NCBI GenBank assembly: GCA_021613535.1
Contig: CP075493.1
Span: 4,526,001-4,590,000 of the forward strand
Origin: Adineta vaga
Lineage: Eukaryota > Animalia > Rotifera
Direction of reading: 5' to 3'
Length of the DNA stretch: 64,000 bases
Each line of letters starts with the position of its first letter. Positions within the stretch are counted from its first letter, which is position 1. Made by a program: the position numbers and the translations under genes. The notes under the pieces are model-generated. The model had not been told where the DNA came from. It did no database searches and saw nothing but the letters and a program-made list of their open reading frames with translations. This document shows positions 33,707 through 46,974 of the stretch, in pieces.

Positions 33707-34529
33707 TCACCGTACACGATCTGTATTACGATAACTACAATTATCACGTAGAGAATCATTGTGTGTTTTATATTCAAGTGGACCTGAAATTTAAAAAAAA
33801 AACAAAGGAAAATATGAATCGTTCAAGATTCAATGATAATTGCTAACTTACATTCAAGTGGTAGATTAAGAACTTTCTTCATGGTTTCTTTGATTCGTTG
33901 TGTTACTAATTGATTATTTGCTGTTTTCGTCCATATACTAATTAGATCTTCTTGTGGACGTATAGAACATACAATGCCACAAATTTCTTTTCCAGCATTA
34001 AATTGTTCACCAATAATTGCAAAAACAAGTAATTCCCATAGACGAGTGGATAAACCTTTCTTTAATCGTAAAATCCATTTCCCACCCAAACGATTTCCTT
34101 CTTCTTCCCACATAGGTTTTAAATTTTCTTTAAATAAATGAATATCACTAGAAAAGAACGAAGATATTATTTCAATTCAATTATTTATTTTCTTCATACC
34201 TATAAAACGGAAGTTCAGAAGGAGATTTCATATGATCATAATAGCACCAAAACTCTTCTATAGATCCAAATGTGCCTGGAAAAGATCGAATTTATTTTTT
34301 AGTTTGAAAGAAGATTCTTCGTACCTAATTTTTTCAAACAGGAATCATAATTAACTGAACTATTACGGAATGTTGGTGGTCGATGCGTATACCAAAATGT
34401 CCAACGTCCTTCGAGTAAATGGAATGAACTATCAACATCGGACACATTATTTTCATCTTTTGTTAATGGAGAATTTTCAGTATTGTCTGTTGTTTCTGCT
34501 GTCGTTATCTCTTCATCATTAGTGGTCAT
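33707..34529 (-). CDS. eIF4E2: eIF4E class II (4EHP), 4 exons
   Basis: HLLEGRWTFWY, KPMWEEEGNRLGGKWILRLKKGL..RLWE, GEQF, last exon LEYKTHNDSLRDNCSYRNT; Tyr at the cap-stacking position as in class II. Confidence 0.9.
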
Positions 34530-34793
34530 TTTAATGTTAGAGAAACAAAGAGAAATAAATCAGTATGAGAAAGAAAGATTATACCTATAATCAATTCGAT
34601 AGAACATATATGAAAAACGACAGGTAAAATAATACACTTTCGATTGGACGAACAAGCAATCCATACGAACGATACAACTGAAACAATTGTAAAGAAACGA
34701 CATCTATCACAGAAGTTTAGTAGTAAGTTCAAGACAATTTATTTTTATTCAGAAAAAAAAGATCAGAAAAATTATCATCACTTGATGATCTTC

Positions 34794-36015
34794 TTAGAGT
34801 TTAGCTAAACGCATGACAGCTTGTGTTAGATAATAATCACCATATGATAACGATACATCATACGGATTCTTTGGATAAGGACCAATTGTACCATTTGTAA
34901 GTAATGCAGGTAATTTATATTCTTTATCACCATAAATCATAAATTTTGAACTGGATAATTGATCAACAATGGATTTTGCCGTAGTTAAAAATCGATCTTT
35001 AAGATCTGGTGTTGGTACATATCCAGATAATTCTACAAGTGCACTTGCTAAAATAGCTGCTGCTGATGTATCCCTTGGTTGATATGGTAATGTTGAATTA
35101 CCCGGTGCATCATAATCCCAATATGGAATTACATCAGTACTACTGGGAAGATGTGATAGAATATAATTTGCTGCACCAATCGCTTTATCAAGAAATGGTT
35201 GATATTTTGTATAACGATACGCAATAGTAAAACCATGAACACTCCAACTTTGTCCTCGTGCCCATGTTGACCAATCAGCATAGCCTGTATGAAAAATAAA
35301 TAGAAGACATCCTAATTATTCGATTCATTTTACCTTGTGCTGTATATTTTCGAATAACACTTCCATCCACTTCGTTGTATTCGACAACATGATATGTACT
35401 ATTATCATCTCGAAAATGTTCATGCATTGTTCGATTTGCATGTTGCCATGCTATATTATATAATGTTTGATCTTTCGTTTGATTACTTGCTTCGAATAAT
35501 AATTCTAAATTCATCATATTATCAATAATAACTAAAAAACCTTGTGCACTATTCCATGATCGTGTACATCGAACAATCGGTGAATATCGAGTTGCTAATG
35601 AATGTGCAGCAGTGATAATTACATTTAAGTAATCTTGAAATTTTAATAGACGATAAGCATTACCAAAACCAGACATGATAACAAAACCAATATCATGTGT
35701 ACCTGTATTATTGGCAAACGGTGCTGTTGGAAGTGTTACATCAACAGCTCGTTTGATTGATTCTCGTGTTGCATTATATTGTACAATATTCCAGAAAACA
35801 CCCGGGAAAAATCCTGATGTCCATCCACTTGTTGCTGTTGTTGATTTCCATTCGAATTCTAATGGATCACCATAGGATGGATAGAATTTTCCTTGAGAAT
35901 CCACAAATTCAGAATAGAGTGTAGAATATTGAACGGATGCATAACGCATCACATCTATAGCAAATACATGCGTACACACTAATAATAAACTAGTTATAAG
36001 CAAACGTATAGCCAT
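34794..36015 (-). CDS. ugl: Secreted GH88 unsaturated glucuronyl hydrolase (one intron, 35285-35333)
   Basis: WTSGFFPG, THDIGF, VIIDNMMNLELL, TAQG|YADWSTWARGQSW, PYWDY, DTSAAAI, YGDYYL. Confidence 0.92.
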
Positions 36016-36252
36016 TGAGAAAAATGCTATGAAAAAGAATGAATGGAGATGTGATATATATATATATATATATATATTGTCGGTTAACTTTATTTGCAAA
36101 AGTAACAATTGATAAGAATCAACCTACCTACATTATCTTACATACACATAGAATAACAAACGATACTATCAAAAACGAAGAAAAAGTATGAAAACTTTAT
36201 TATGTTAAATAATAAAAATAACAACAAACATCTAAATAAAATCACAGTTCTA

Positions 36253-36990
36253 TCATTCATCATCACTTATCTTGCTTTTCGACTGTCGTTGTTGACCTAT
36301 TATCATATCCGAATTCTCATTCATCCCTAATCGAGTATATTTATAAGTGATAATTTCTTTCGAATTCGATCGATAGATATATACGGACATTATCATTAGA
36401 ATGAATGCAACAACAGTTTCACCAGCAATGGTTAGATTATAGATCAATGAAAAATTCCATGGTGGTTCATAGGTATAATGTCCACCACTAATCATTGATA
36501 ATAACGAATATAAAATCGTTAGTAGAAGCATTTGACGAGGATTGATTTGTTGTTTTGTACAACATAGTAATACTTTTCGAGTCACAATCATAAATAAAAT
36601 TGTTAAAGGAAAATTAAAGAAAAATGTTTGTTCCATTTCACTGAAGATTATTTTTCTATATAAATGTTTTGGTTCAAAATATCCTACAGGTTCATAAATA
36701 TTATGAGCATAATGTGAAACATGAAAGATAATATTCAAAAATAGAATCAATGGTATAACTAATTGATAGAATCGATTTTGTTTGAATATTCTTTGATATT
36801 TCATATAAGTTAATAGCAAATTAAGCAATGTTACCATTCCGAGAAGAATTGATATAATGACCATACTTATTCGAATCCATGAAACTTGTTGTTTTGGTTC
36901 AAATATAAGTACATCTTCATTACGAAATGTACTTATTCGAAACAATGGATTTGATTGAAATCTTAATGTTGAAGAATAATTCATATTCAT
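36253..36990 (-). CDS. Multi-pass membrane protein with conserved His motifs, unknown function
   Basis: About 5 TM segments; HVSHYAHNIYEP and GGHYTYEPP motifs; intronless. Confidence 0.7.
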   Translation of the reverse strand: MNMNYSSTLRFQSNPLFRISTFRNEDVLIFEPKQQVSWIRISMVIISILLGMVTLLNLLLTYMKYQRIFKQNRFYQLVIPLILFLNIIFHVSHYAHNIYEPVGYFEPKHLYRKIIFSEMEQTFFFNFPLTILFMIVTRKVLLCCTKQQINPRQMLLLTILYSLLSMISGGHYTYEPPWNFSLIYNLTIAGETVVAFILMIMSVYIYRSNSKEIITYKYTRLGMNENSDMIIGQQRQSKSKISDDE

Positions 36991-37345
36991 CTTTTTTTAG
37001 AAAATAAGAAAGATATTGAATAAATCAAAAGTTATCCAGAGATTACCTAACTTCACCTCTATACAGGAGACTATATACTTTTCTCTACCATTATCATTAG
37101 ACGTCGTCAAAATCGATTCTTTTATAAACATCTTTATCACATAGATTATATTTTGAAGAATAAGTCCTTACGTCTCTTTTTTAACAAAATTTTAGATACT
37201 TTCATCTAGTGAATTTATTAATTTTCAAACATATTCTGTTTACATATACTTAAACACGATGGAAATAATATGAGAACGACATTCTCTCTTATGTTGTTGA
37301 TTATTATTCACTTCAACAGACATGATATTGTTATGAAAGTCTATG

Positions 37346-38355
37346 TCATTGTGGTGCTATTTGATGATGTTCGTGAATAGAAAACATCTTTGATAATACA
37401 TACAGCACTTGTCGACGAAATCGTTCTGATACACAGATATAAATATAAAATGGACTCTAAAGATGAAAGAAAGAAAGAAAGAAATGTCATAGAAATCATT
37501 TTTACTTACAGCAAAACACGTATAATATAAAATCGTCATTAGAGAATATCCAAGACGTAATTGTCCAAAACGAACTGGATCTTGAATATTTGCAAATGCA
37601 AGAATGGAATATAGGATACCATTTGGTGAAATCGATAAAATAGTGTAGACAACTTGAATAAGAACCATTCGCGATAATTGTTTATCTAATTCTCTTCGAA
37701 TAAATGGTTTTGTACGATACGAGATTTGTTGAATATTATAATAAGTCATTAATCCAAATGAGAATGTTATTGAACATGGTAGAATATTTCCAAGAATAAG
37801 ATAATTAAAATAACTATTATATAAAATAAAATTCATATTTGTTGTATCACAAATGATTGAATCAGTCGTATTTGAATGTACAAGGTTATAAAAGATTAAA
37901 CATGGACTTTGTTGAATAAATGCAATACATAGAGCAACAACGATCATACAACGTGCTCTTTTCAAAGTACACCATTGAGGCCATCGAGATGGTGAACAAG
38001 TCGTAAGATATTGATCAATGGTTGCAAATGATATACAAACGAAGGACATCAATGAACTTAATTGAAAACTAAATGTTCGAAATTTACAATAGAATAATGA
38101 ATTATATGTCCAATCAATATTGAAACCAGTAATCATTATTCGAGAAAATAAACCTGTAATTAATTGCATTATATTAACAATAGAAAGTACTGTTAAATAA
38201 AATGCACAAGTATTTTGTCGAAATGTTCGTAAACTAAGAAATACAATTATATTGAGAATTCCTCCTATCAAACCACCAAATAAAATTGATATACCACAAT
38301 ACCGAATAATCTGTTGATTCGTATGAAGAAGAAATGCAATTATTGTTGAGGACAT
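37346..38355 (-). CDS. Orphan class A-like GPCR (lineage-expanded), one 3' intron
   Basis: GGILNIIVF, CKFR..ATIDQY, KQLSRMVLIQ, spliced SPFYIYICVSERFRRQ. Confidence 0.85.
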
Positions 38356-38392
38356 CTGTATGTTATTTGTTTGATCTGATGTAAAGCATACT

Positions 38393-38417
38393 TATATATA
38401 TATATATATATATATAT
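38393..38417. repeat. (TA)n microsatellite upstream of the GPCR gene
   Basis: About 12 TA units. Confidence 0.85.
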
Positions 38418-38715
38418 CTTATATGCTCGTTGAATTAACTAGAATACTATCAACTGTAGGACATTGTTTCCTATCCATGACTAATGATCTCGCATATGAA
38501 AGGAAAAGACATCATTAAAATTAATAGTTAAAGAAGGATGAAAGAGTTTATATAATTTATTATCCTATATTTTACTGATCTTCTTACGTATTATGCCGAT
38601 AAAACATTTTCCAAACATCTAATTTACTCAATGACACTTTTATAAAAGTACTGATTTTCACATCATATGTAGGTACTTGAGATTTTAGTCTAAGTATACT
38701 TTTCAATTATATTTA

Positions 38716-40467
38716 TTAACGTAACATAATATGAATATCATTAAGAAAATATGTATCTCGAGTAATGATATATGTCGATGGTAAATGATTCTTTAACCAA
38801 GATAGGAATTGATCATCACTTGTCGTACATTGTAAATCATCTGCAAATTGAACAATTATTACTCGAAGATTATTGTTGATAGTTTTCATCATTTCGAGTA
38901 ATGCATAACGATTGAGTAAATTGATAGAAAGTATTTCACATTGACTATTGAACAATGAATGACTTAACATGCTACACTGTTCATGATTGAAATGATGATG
39001 GTAATCTCGTAAATCTAATCGACGAATGGATGTGTTAACAATATCAAGTGAACATATTGATGAAATAGATAGTGAGTTTGTTTCTAATCTTAACGAATTC
39101 AGACATGGTAAATGATGAATCAATTTGTGTAATTGAGATAAAGTAATATCTTGTACATTTCCAGAAATAGTCAATGATGTTATTTGATAAGGAATGAAAA
39201 TCAATGACCAAAATTGATCTTGAATTGGAAATTGAATGGATAAATGACTTATATTTGGAAAACGAATCTGTGGTAATAAAGTAGTTGTTTGTAATGAATC
39301 AGTTTTATATTCTAATATTTTAACATGATTATAATTATCACAGATACGATCATTTCGACAAGTTGATTTACGTATTGTAGATGGAGAAAATTTGATTTGT
39401 ATTAATCTATAAGGTAAAGTATAAAGATAAAATGGACTTGATTTATCTGTTAAATTCCAATGACATTGAATAAACCATTGATGTTCTTCTAACCAAAATG
39501 GATGTCGAAATGAATCAAGTAGAACATCAATATGTTCTTCTCTATCATCAAGATTGCTTAACAACATTTCGATATTGAATTGAAATTGCGTTAGATTAGG
39601 TAAATATTGACGGATTATATGTTCCCATTGATAACCATTTAATATTTCCTCGAAAGAGTAAATACTAAGCTCAGAAACATTAATATTCAAGTGACGAAGA
39701 TTTGGCATGTCTTGAAAAAGTTCAATTAATTGATTTTCTTCTAATCTATCTAAATGAAGTTGTAAACTTTTCAACGATAAACAAGGACATCTATCATTAT
39801 TATTATAATCAAATACAGGATTGAGTATAATGGAAAAATCTTGTAAATAAGGTGTTTGTTTGAGTAAAGCATAGACATTTTGTTGATGATATTGTGTACC
39901 CCAAATATATAAATATGTTAATGATGAAGATATAACTGTCGGTACAATATCATTGTTTTCAAAATAGAGATTTAAATAACAATAGATTAATTTTGGTAAA
40001 CTCCAAATTGTATTCATTAAATGTTGACTACTCATATGATCAAAGTTAAGATAACAACCAGCTAGAGTAAGATGAGTTAAATTTGGTAGATATTTCCATT
40101 CTAATATCATTGTATGCATGATTTCATTCGAACAAAGATCACATAATGAAAGTCGTTGTAATTGATGAAATTGACGAAGTTTTAGACCATGTTCAAGGAA
40201 ACTATTGATTTGTTGAAGTGTATCATCATTATTTGAAAGAGTTAATGAGATAAGATGCGGAGCTATAATTGGAAGTGATTGTTGACAAATACTTCTGAAA
40301 TCATCGTGAGATACGAATGAAAAACTAACATTGAATGATTGAAAATGATAAATAAGAAGTTGTTGAAAACGATAATTCAAATGGTAGAATGATCGAAGAC
40401 AATCAATAGATGGTATATATGTAAATAATTCACATAGTAATTCATTAGGAAATGATTCTAAATTCAT
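38716..40467 (-). CDS. F-box/LRR-like protein (lineage-expanded family)
   Basis: MNLESFPNELLCELFTY F-box, leucine-rich repeats, LYTLPY motif shared with the 11093 paralog. Confidence 0.85.
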   Translation of the reverse strand: MNLESFPNELLCELFTYIPSIDCLRSFYHLNYRFQQLLIYHFQSFNVSFSFVSHDDFRSICQQSLPIIAPHLISLTLSNNDDTLQQINSFLEHGLKLRQFHQLQRLSLCDLCSNEIMHTMILEWKYLPNLTHLTLAGCYLNFDHMSSQHLMNTIWSLPKLIYCYLNLYFENNDIVPTVISSSLTYLYIWGTQYHQQNVYALLKQTPYLQDFSIILNPVFDYNNNDRCPCLSLKSLQLHLDRLEENQLIELFQDMPNLRHLNINVSELSIYSFEEILNGYQWEHIIRQYLPNLTQFQFNIEMLLSNLDDREEHIDVLLDSFRHPFWLEEHQWFIQCHWNLTDKSSPFYLYTLPYRLIQIKFSPSTIRKSTCRNDRICDNYNHVKILEYKTDSLQTTTLLPQIRFPNISHLSIQFPIQDQFWSLIFIPYQITSLTISGNVQDITLSQLHKLIHHLPCLNSLRLETNSLSISSICSLDIVNTSIRRLDLRDYHHHFNHEQCSMLSHSLFNSQCEILSINLLNRYALLEMMKTINNNLRVIIVQFADDLQCTTSDDQFLSWLKNHLPSTYIITRDTYFLNDIHIMLR

Positions 40468-40709
40468 TTGTTGTTATATATAGCATCTACAAAATGTGTG
40501 AAGGCAAAAATAGTCTTTTCGAAGAATATTTATAACGTACACGTATTGCGAAATAACATTCTTATGCAATAACATACACAAGTGAAATTTTTCTGTCTAG
40601 ATTGCATCGAATGAATTGCAAAAACAATATTCTAACTATCGATTTAATGAAATTCTATTTATTAGTAAAAGAAAATCAATGTCACGTTTATTTTCCCGTT
40701 TAATATCTA

Positions 40710-42473
40710 TTAGAAGACATCAACATAGAGTTCATTACCACTACCCGTACCGATATGAATATGCCAAAAAGATATCGTATATGTATGACCAACAATAGCT
40801 GGAAATGATTGACCAATAATAATAATACTAATTGAACCATCACAATCAGCTACAAAACATCTGTATGGCGATGAACGACAATTAAAACCAACATCTATAT
40901 CTGCTGGATTACCGGAACCACTAACAGTACACGTTGATCGACACCATTGACTCCATCCAGCCAAAGCTGTTGCATTATCAAAACTAGGATTTTCAAGTAA
41001 TTCAACACTCGATGCTAGAGTATCAACTACCGATATGTCGTCTAAATAATGAAAATTATTTGTGCCAGTTTCGATAGCAAAATAAAGAACTGGATTTGTA
41101 TAAGTCGCAGTATAACTTCGTGTTTCTTGTGTCCAGGTACTTGGTGTTGCTCCAAATCTGCTAAGTATTCCACCACGACCGGCATCAGTGCACATAGGAG
41201 CTAAATTATAATCAATATCGAAAATCTCGATCTTCGAAGAGTATTTGTAACTTACTAGTCAATGCTCTAGTAGTAGTAGTTGTTGTAAGTGCTACAAATA
41301 CATAAATATTAATCCATAAACAAACATGAATATACGTACTGGATGTAGTGATCGAAGTAGTCGATGTTGTTGCTATTAGAAAAGTAAAATAGATGCTTTC
41401 TGTTTTTCTTAATAACTATCGATCCTACCAGTAGTCGACGTTGTCCTTGAAGTTGAACTACTTGATGTCGTCGTCGTCTGAGACGTTGTGCTAGTAGATG
41501 ATGTGGTTACCGAAGTACTACTAGTACTACCTAATGATATATAATTTCAATTGAGTATACTATATTTCTCTAAGTATTTTACTAGTGGAAGAAGTACTCG
41601 ACGTTGATGTTGTACCTAAACAAGAAAAATAAAAAATATGATCATTGGATATTTTTTATAAGGTCTAGAGAAAATTTACTGGTACTAGTCGTTGCAGTCG
41701 TCGACGTCGTACTTGTTGGTATCGTTGTTTTAGGTGCATCTCCTAATCATAATATGAAATTTAGTAGGAAAACATTGAGAAGAGCATAGATGATACATAC
41801 GCATTATGAGAGTTGCTATTAAACCAGCTAGTGTAGCAAGAAAAAGGAGAACTAGCAGACATACACAGGCGATACCACAACATCGACTATATTTACATAA
41901 ACGTGAAAATATTTTATGCCATTTACTTTTTTTGCTAGATGAAATAGACAAGCGAAAATGTTTATACTTACGAATCAACAAAAAACATGAAAATTTCCAA
42001 ACCTTTGATGAGATCCTCTTTCTATGATGTCGTTTATATCACCAAAGGTTCTTGACGAATTATTACTACGATTGTAACTATCCGTTGTACGAAACATTTT
42101 CTAAAAGAAGAAATTCATGATTAATATATAAACTACATTTATATACCAATGGAATTTGAATCGGAACGTTCTTTTTCGTATGATACGATTGTTGATTTGG
42201 CTTAACCAATTCTTGAAAATCACTACTATTCGATCCTTTAAAACTTTGTTCATTTAAGTTATTAGCAGTTTTAGATTGAAGTGAACTACATGTTGTAAAA
42301 ATTCGTCGTTGTGCACTTGAATAAATTGGTTGTTCTGAACGTTTTATATGTCGAATACTAGTGTGACTCTGAGTACTATTCGTTCGTGACATAGCAGATA
42401 GTTCTCTTTTGCCCACTCTAGTCACATTAGGTACGCGAGATTGAGTCGAGATGATTCGAGGCGACTTCGACAT
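40710..42473 (-). CDS. Type II membrane mucin-like protein with Thr/Ser micro-exon stalk and C-terminal CBM-like domain
   Basis: TM CCGIACVCLLVLLFLATLAGLIATLI; several short Thr/Ser exons at 41256-41742; last exon ELLENPSFD..GWSQWC..YTISFW; 5' exon structure approximate. Confidence 0.7.
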
Positions 42474-42891
42474 CGAACTGTTGCTGTTATGAGAGATGAA
42501 ATGAAAGAAATACCTTGTTTTCGATGCTTTTGTAATCCTTTTTTGTATATAAGCAAAGTATATTTCAAATAAGGTTTCACAATCAGAAATCCAATTTAAT
42601 TATCGGCACAATCAAATAGAAAACAATGAATAGGATTTGTGATTTATTTTACTGATTCCTTTGTTCGCTCTATGTCACCAAGAAATCGATCAGTCAACAT
42701 CTTGTAAAAAAGATTTCTATTCTCAGAGCTGTATTCGAATCAAATATGGAACAATCAAGCCAGATAAGTATCTAATAATTTGAAAGAAGTATTGTCGATT
42801 GAAATATGGCGTGAAGATAAGTCTTATTTCGTTCTGTGAACTATTTATTTTCTATTTCAATCTATAATCATACAGAAAAAAAAGGTCATTT

Positions 42892-44087
42892 TTATCCTCT
42901 AGGATAGTTTGCATAATGTTTACAATTTGGATGATGCTGGTGATTACCATGTTGTCGTATTTGTTCATAATCTGCTAAGCAAGACCAACAAAATTCATAT
43001 TGACATTTAATACAAGTCATATGATCACATCCATCGTTTTTTTCAATTTGATATGGACAGTTTGGACATGTTTTCGTATTTTGATTTAACCATTGTAAAC
43101 TAGCTTTGTGTTCGTCATTAATACTTGCATCATATTCATCACATGTCAAACCTTGATGCCATGGAATTCGATGTATAAAACATGTTTTCGTTTTACAATA
43201 AACACAAGTAACAATATTCATCGATCGGCCACCTTCATTCAATTGTCCCATTTGACATTTTGGATTTGAACACCAAATAAAGTCATCCAGTTGTTCAGCA
43301 TCATGTTGTACTAGGAATCGATCATATCTTTCAAGAAGCTTCTTATCTTTATTTGAAATAAGTATATTTTTAATTGTATTATAATTCAATTTCGTATTAC
43401 ATCCAAGTTCAGGACATCGAACATCATCAGTATAGAATTCTTGAAATGCTTGTTGAATATGACGATAAATACAAGCATTACAAATCGTTCGTTGTGCTTG
43501 AAGGCATGTATGATTGGATAGCGTATGAAAATCTTTTGTTGATTTGTCATCAAAACATACTTGACATGTTTGACGATGACGCGTTTTTGGTGGACGTGGC
43601 GGTCTAAATTAAATTTCAATTATAAATCGATCATCAAATTACATGTTTACTTTTGATGATTAGGAGAAGCAGATGATCCTAATTGTTGAAATGTTCTGAC
43701 AATTGTTGTACTAAGACGTCGGGCTAAAATACAACAAAGTTTCAGTGATCAGTTATCAAAGAATATATAGCTTACCAGCTCCAGATATTCTGTTCGATCG
43801 TGCACTATTCAATGATGTTGTTGACGCTGTTAAAATATTTTGTGAAGTACTATAAAAAAAAGCAAAAATTTACGAAACATGCTTTGATCATCAGTTTTTA
43901 CTACGTACGAAGTTGTTCTATTTTGAGATGACAGTCTTATTTCATCATTTTGATTCAATATTGGAAGATTAGCATGTTGTTCTAAGAAGCAATCTAGACA
44001 GAAATATATCCCTTCAACCAGAGCATAGTTATTTGTCGGCAAATGTTTTTCACATGTAATACACTTCATGTTCTTTGAATTTGACAT
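42892..44087 (-). CDS. RBR (RING1-IBR-RING2) E3 ubiquitin ligase, multi-exon
   Basis: RING1 CQVC..ICNAC..RCPELGC; IBR WCSNPKC..CVYC..CFIH..WHQGLTC; RING2 CPNC..IEKNDGCDHMTC..FCWSC. Confidence 0.9.
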
Positions 44088-44583
44088 GTAATGTATTGAA
44101 GAAGAATTTATATACAATTTTCTTTTCTTCCAACTTGATTATTTACTTTTTGCATGGTATGATTCATCACCATTGATACTGAAAATTGCAACATCAATAA
44201 ATGAATAATAGTCATTTACGGAATGCAATTATCGAAGATATAAAAAAGAACTGTATCGTCGTAAATGAATATATCTCAAATCGTTTATCAACTAGTTATA
44301 TTCTTCATAAGTATATTCAGAGGTGTATTTCTTTTTGTCGATCAACACCCTTTTATATGTATTTAATTGCCGGTGATGCTTTATAACTGCAAGGATTTGA
44401 TTATTATTACTAGTTTGAATACGAACTAGTCGATATGACAAAAATACTCGACATCGTATTGTACAAAGGGTTATAATCTTTTTGACGAGATTAATCGATT
44501 GAATTTACAATGTTTATTTTGTAATAGAAGGTAACAAATGATTTGCCTATCCGGAAAAAAGAACAAACATTTCTTTTAAGACT

Positions 44584-46559
44584 TTAATGTCGTTCCACAA
44601 ATGTTACAAGTGAATGAGCAATATTTTCACGAAAAGGAATCTGCTCTTTTTGAATAAGCCTTGCACATAAACATTTTAATTTTAATTGTGTTTTTACTTT
44701 TAATAATTCTTTGATTCGTGAATCAGATATTAGATCCAGAGGTGTTTCATTAAAGATATTAACCCAGTCAAGATGAGCATCATAAGCACAGAGTAATTGA
44801 AATATTGATTCATTCAATTCATATGAATTAGATATAAAAATATGTAAAGGTGTATTTCGTTTAGTATTATTTGCATCGATATCAGCACCACACAGTAATA
44901 GAGTGCGAACAGTATATAAACATGGATATCTACACGAATGAAATATGAAAATAAACGATATAATTAATAAATACAACAACAAACTTGCATAATCGATCAA
45001 TAGCAATATCTGATGATGAAGTTTGTTCATTGAGAGCTAAATGTAATAATGAAGAACCATCTATTTGTGTTGTATATCGTTTTCGATTGATAGAATGTAT
45101 TAATTGATAGAAGATTTTAAGATCATTGTGATTCGTTGATGTTTTAGTTAAAACCTTTTTTTTTGTAGAAATTTGTAAAATGATGAAGAATTTCTAAAAA
45201 CGAAAGATCATAACGAGAACATACCTGACAAGTCATGGTAATAAAAAAAAGTAATGTAAAAAGATTTATATCAAATTCTTTCGAATCATGATCTAATCTA
45301 TCGGTAATAACATCAATTAATTCACATAAATCTTCTATTCGAATAGCTGACCATTTATTTATAATAATTGCGAAAGTTTTAACTAAATATCGAAGTTGTT
45401 TCGAATGAATAGATATTTTATGTTGCTGTTGTAATTTTAATGTATAATTCCAAAGTGCGATACCTTGCTGATATTGACTCGTATAAGCAAGAGTAACAGC
45501 ACGTTGTAAAAGTGAATGATGATATTTGAAATGTGTTGGTCCAAGTAAACGTTCACGTATAAGTAATGCTTCGATGTGAAGATCGTCGGAATTTGTTCGT
45601 AATTTGTATAATTGTTCATTTGTTTGACATTCTTGTCGATAATTAAATATTTCATGAGTAGATTGTTTCAAAGATTTTGGTAATTGATGAATTGATCGAA
45701 GTTGAAAAGCTTTTGATATATGTTGATATGCTTCTTCAAGATTACAAGCTCCATATTCTCTACATGCAAATGCACTTCCAAGTAATTCTTCTGCTTCTAT
45801 TTGTTCAAAGACAGAACAATGAGAAACAATAATATCTACAAGATCAGTACGTCGTTTTTCTGCTGCTAATATTAATGGCGTAATTCGATCATGTTTCGTT
45901 GGAAAATTACGTGCACCTCGATCGATTAAAAATTGCACTAATTCCAATGAACCACGTTCAACAGCAAGAAAAAGTGGTGAACGTTTCTCATCATCACACT
46001 CATTGACATCACATCCTAATTCATCGACAAGATAACGAACTAATTCAACATGTTCACGAAAGACACTTAATATTAAATTTGTATCATTATGTTCTTTTTT
46101 TATCGTTATATCGGCACCATGTTTAATTAAATAACGTGCATATGTTACATTTCCATGATAACAAACACAACGAAAGGGCGTTGAATTAGTTTTTATTCTA
46201 TGATTTATTTGTGCTCCATGTTCAATGAGTAGCTTCATTATATTGAAACTATTATTCGCTGCTGCAATCCATAAGACCGTCACATTTTCATAGACTTTCG
46301 GAGAGTGACGATTAACGCTGATTCTAACGAGATTTAATACTTCTAAATCGAATTGGAATGAATTCAGTAACATACGTACCATATCTTCGTAATCATTTAA
46401 ACATGCAATCATTAACAAAGTACATGTATGATTCTCAGATATATTATATAAATGATTGAGATGTGCAAGTGGATTGGTTGTTGATAGAAGAAGTGTTTTT
46501 AATGAATTGATATCATTAGTTTCTGTTGCAGATAATAGGGAAGAATCAATGTCATTCAT
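44584..46559 (-). CDS. fem-1: Fem-1-like ankyrin/TPR substrate receptor (3 exons)
   Basis: Ankyrin repeats with TNSTPFRCVC, IEAEELLG, EALLIRERLLGP, YPC..NTPLH and C-terminal BC/VHL box LKCLCAR. Confidence 0.88.
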
Positions 46560-46974
46560 ATTTTAAAGGTAAGAAGCGAGTGAAATTTTCTTCCTTTGTC
46601 GGATCTGTTTTTTTATTTTTGTTATTTCTTCCATCACGTGTGTTTTGCGTCACAATGCACACATACACTTGACATAAGTGATAAACAGACAGCAACAGAA
46701 AACCAACGCATGAGAAAAAAAGTCAAAGAAGAGAGGAACTAAAACCTGATTTTATTTTTTCTCCGTGATATATGGCAAATAGAATAAAATCATTTGCAAT
46801 ATAATAAGATTCATACAGCCATACACAATGAGAATAGTAGCAGTCATGCTTTTTTCGCCGTTATTCACCCATTTATTTATAAAAAAAAATTATAACTACA
46901 AAAAGCCAAAATTTTGTCAGTAGAGTGAATATGGGTTTGTATATTAAATGCAAAAGTGCAAGAAAAAAAGATCA

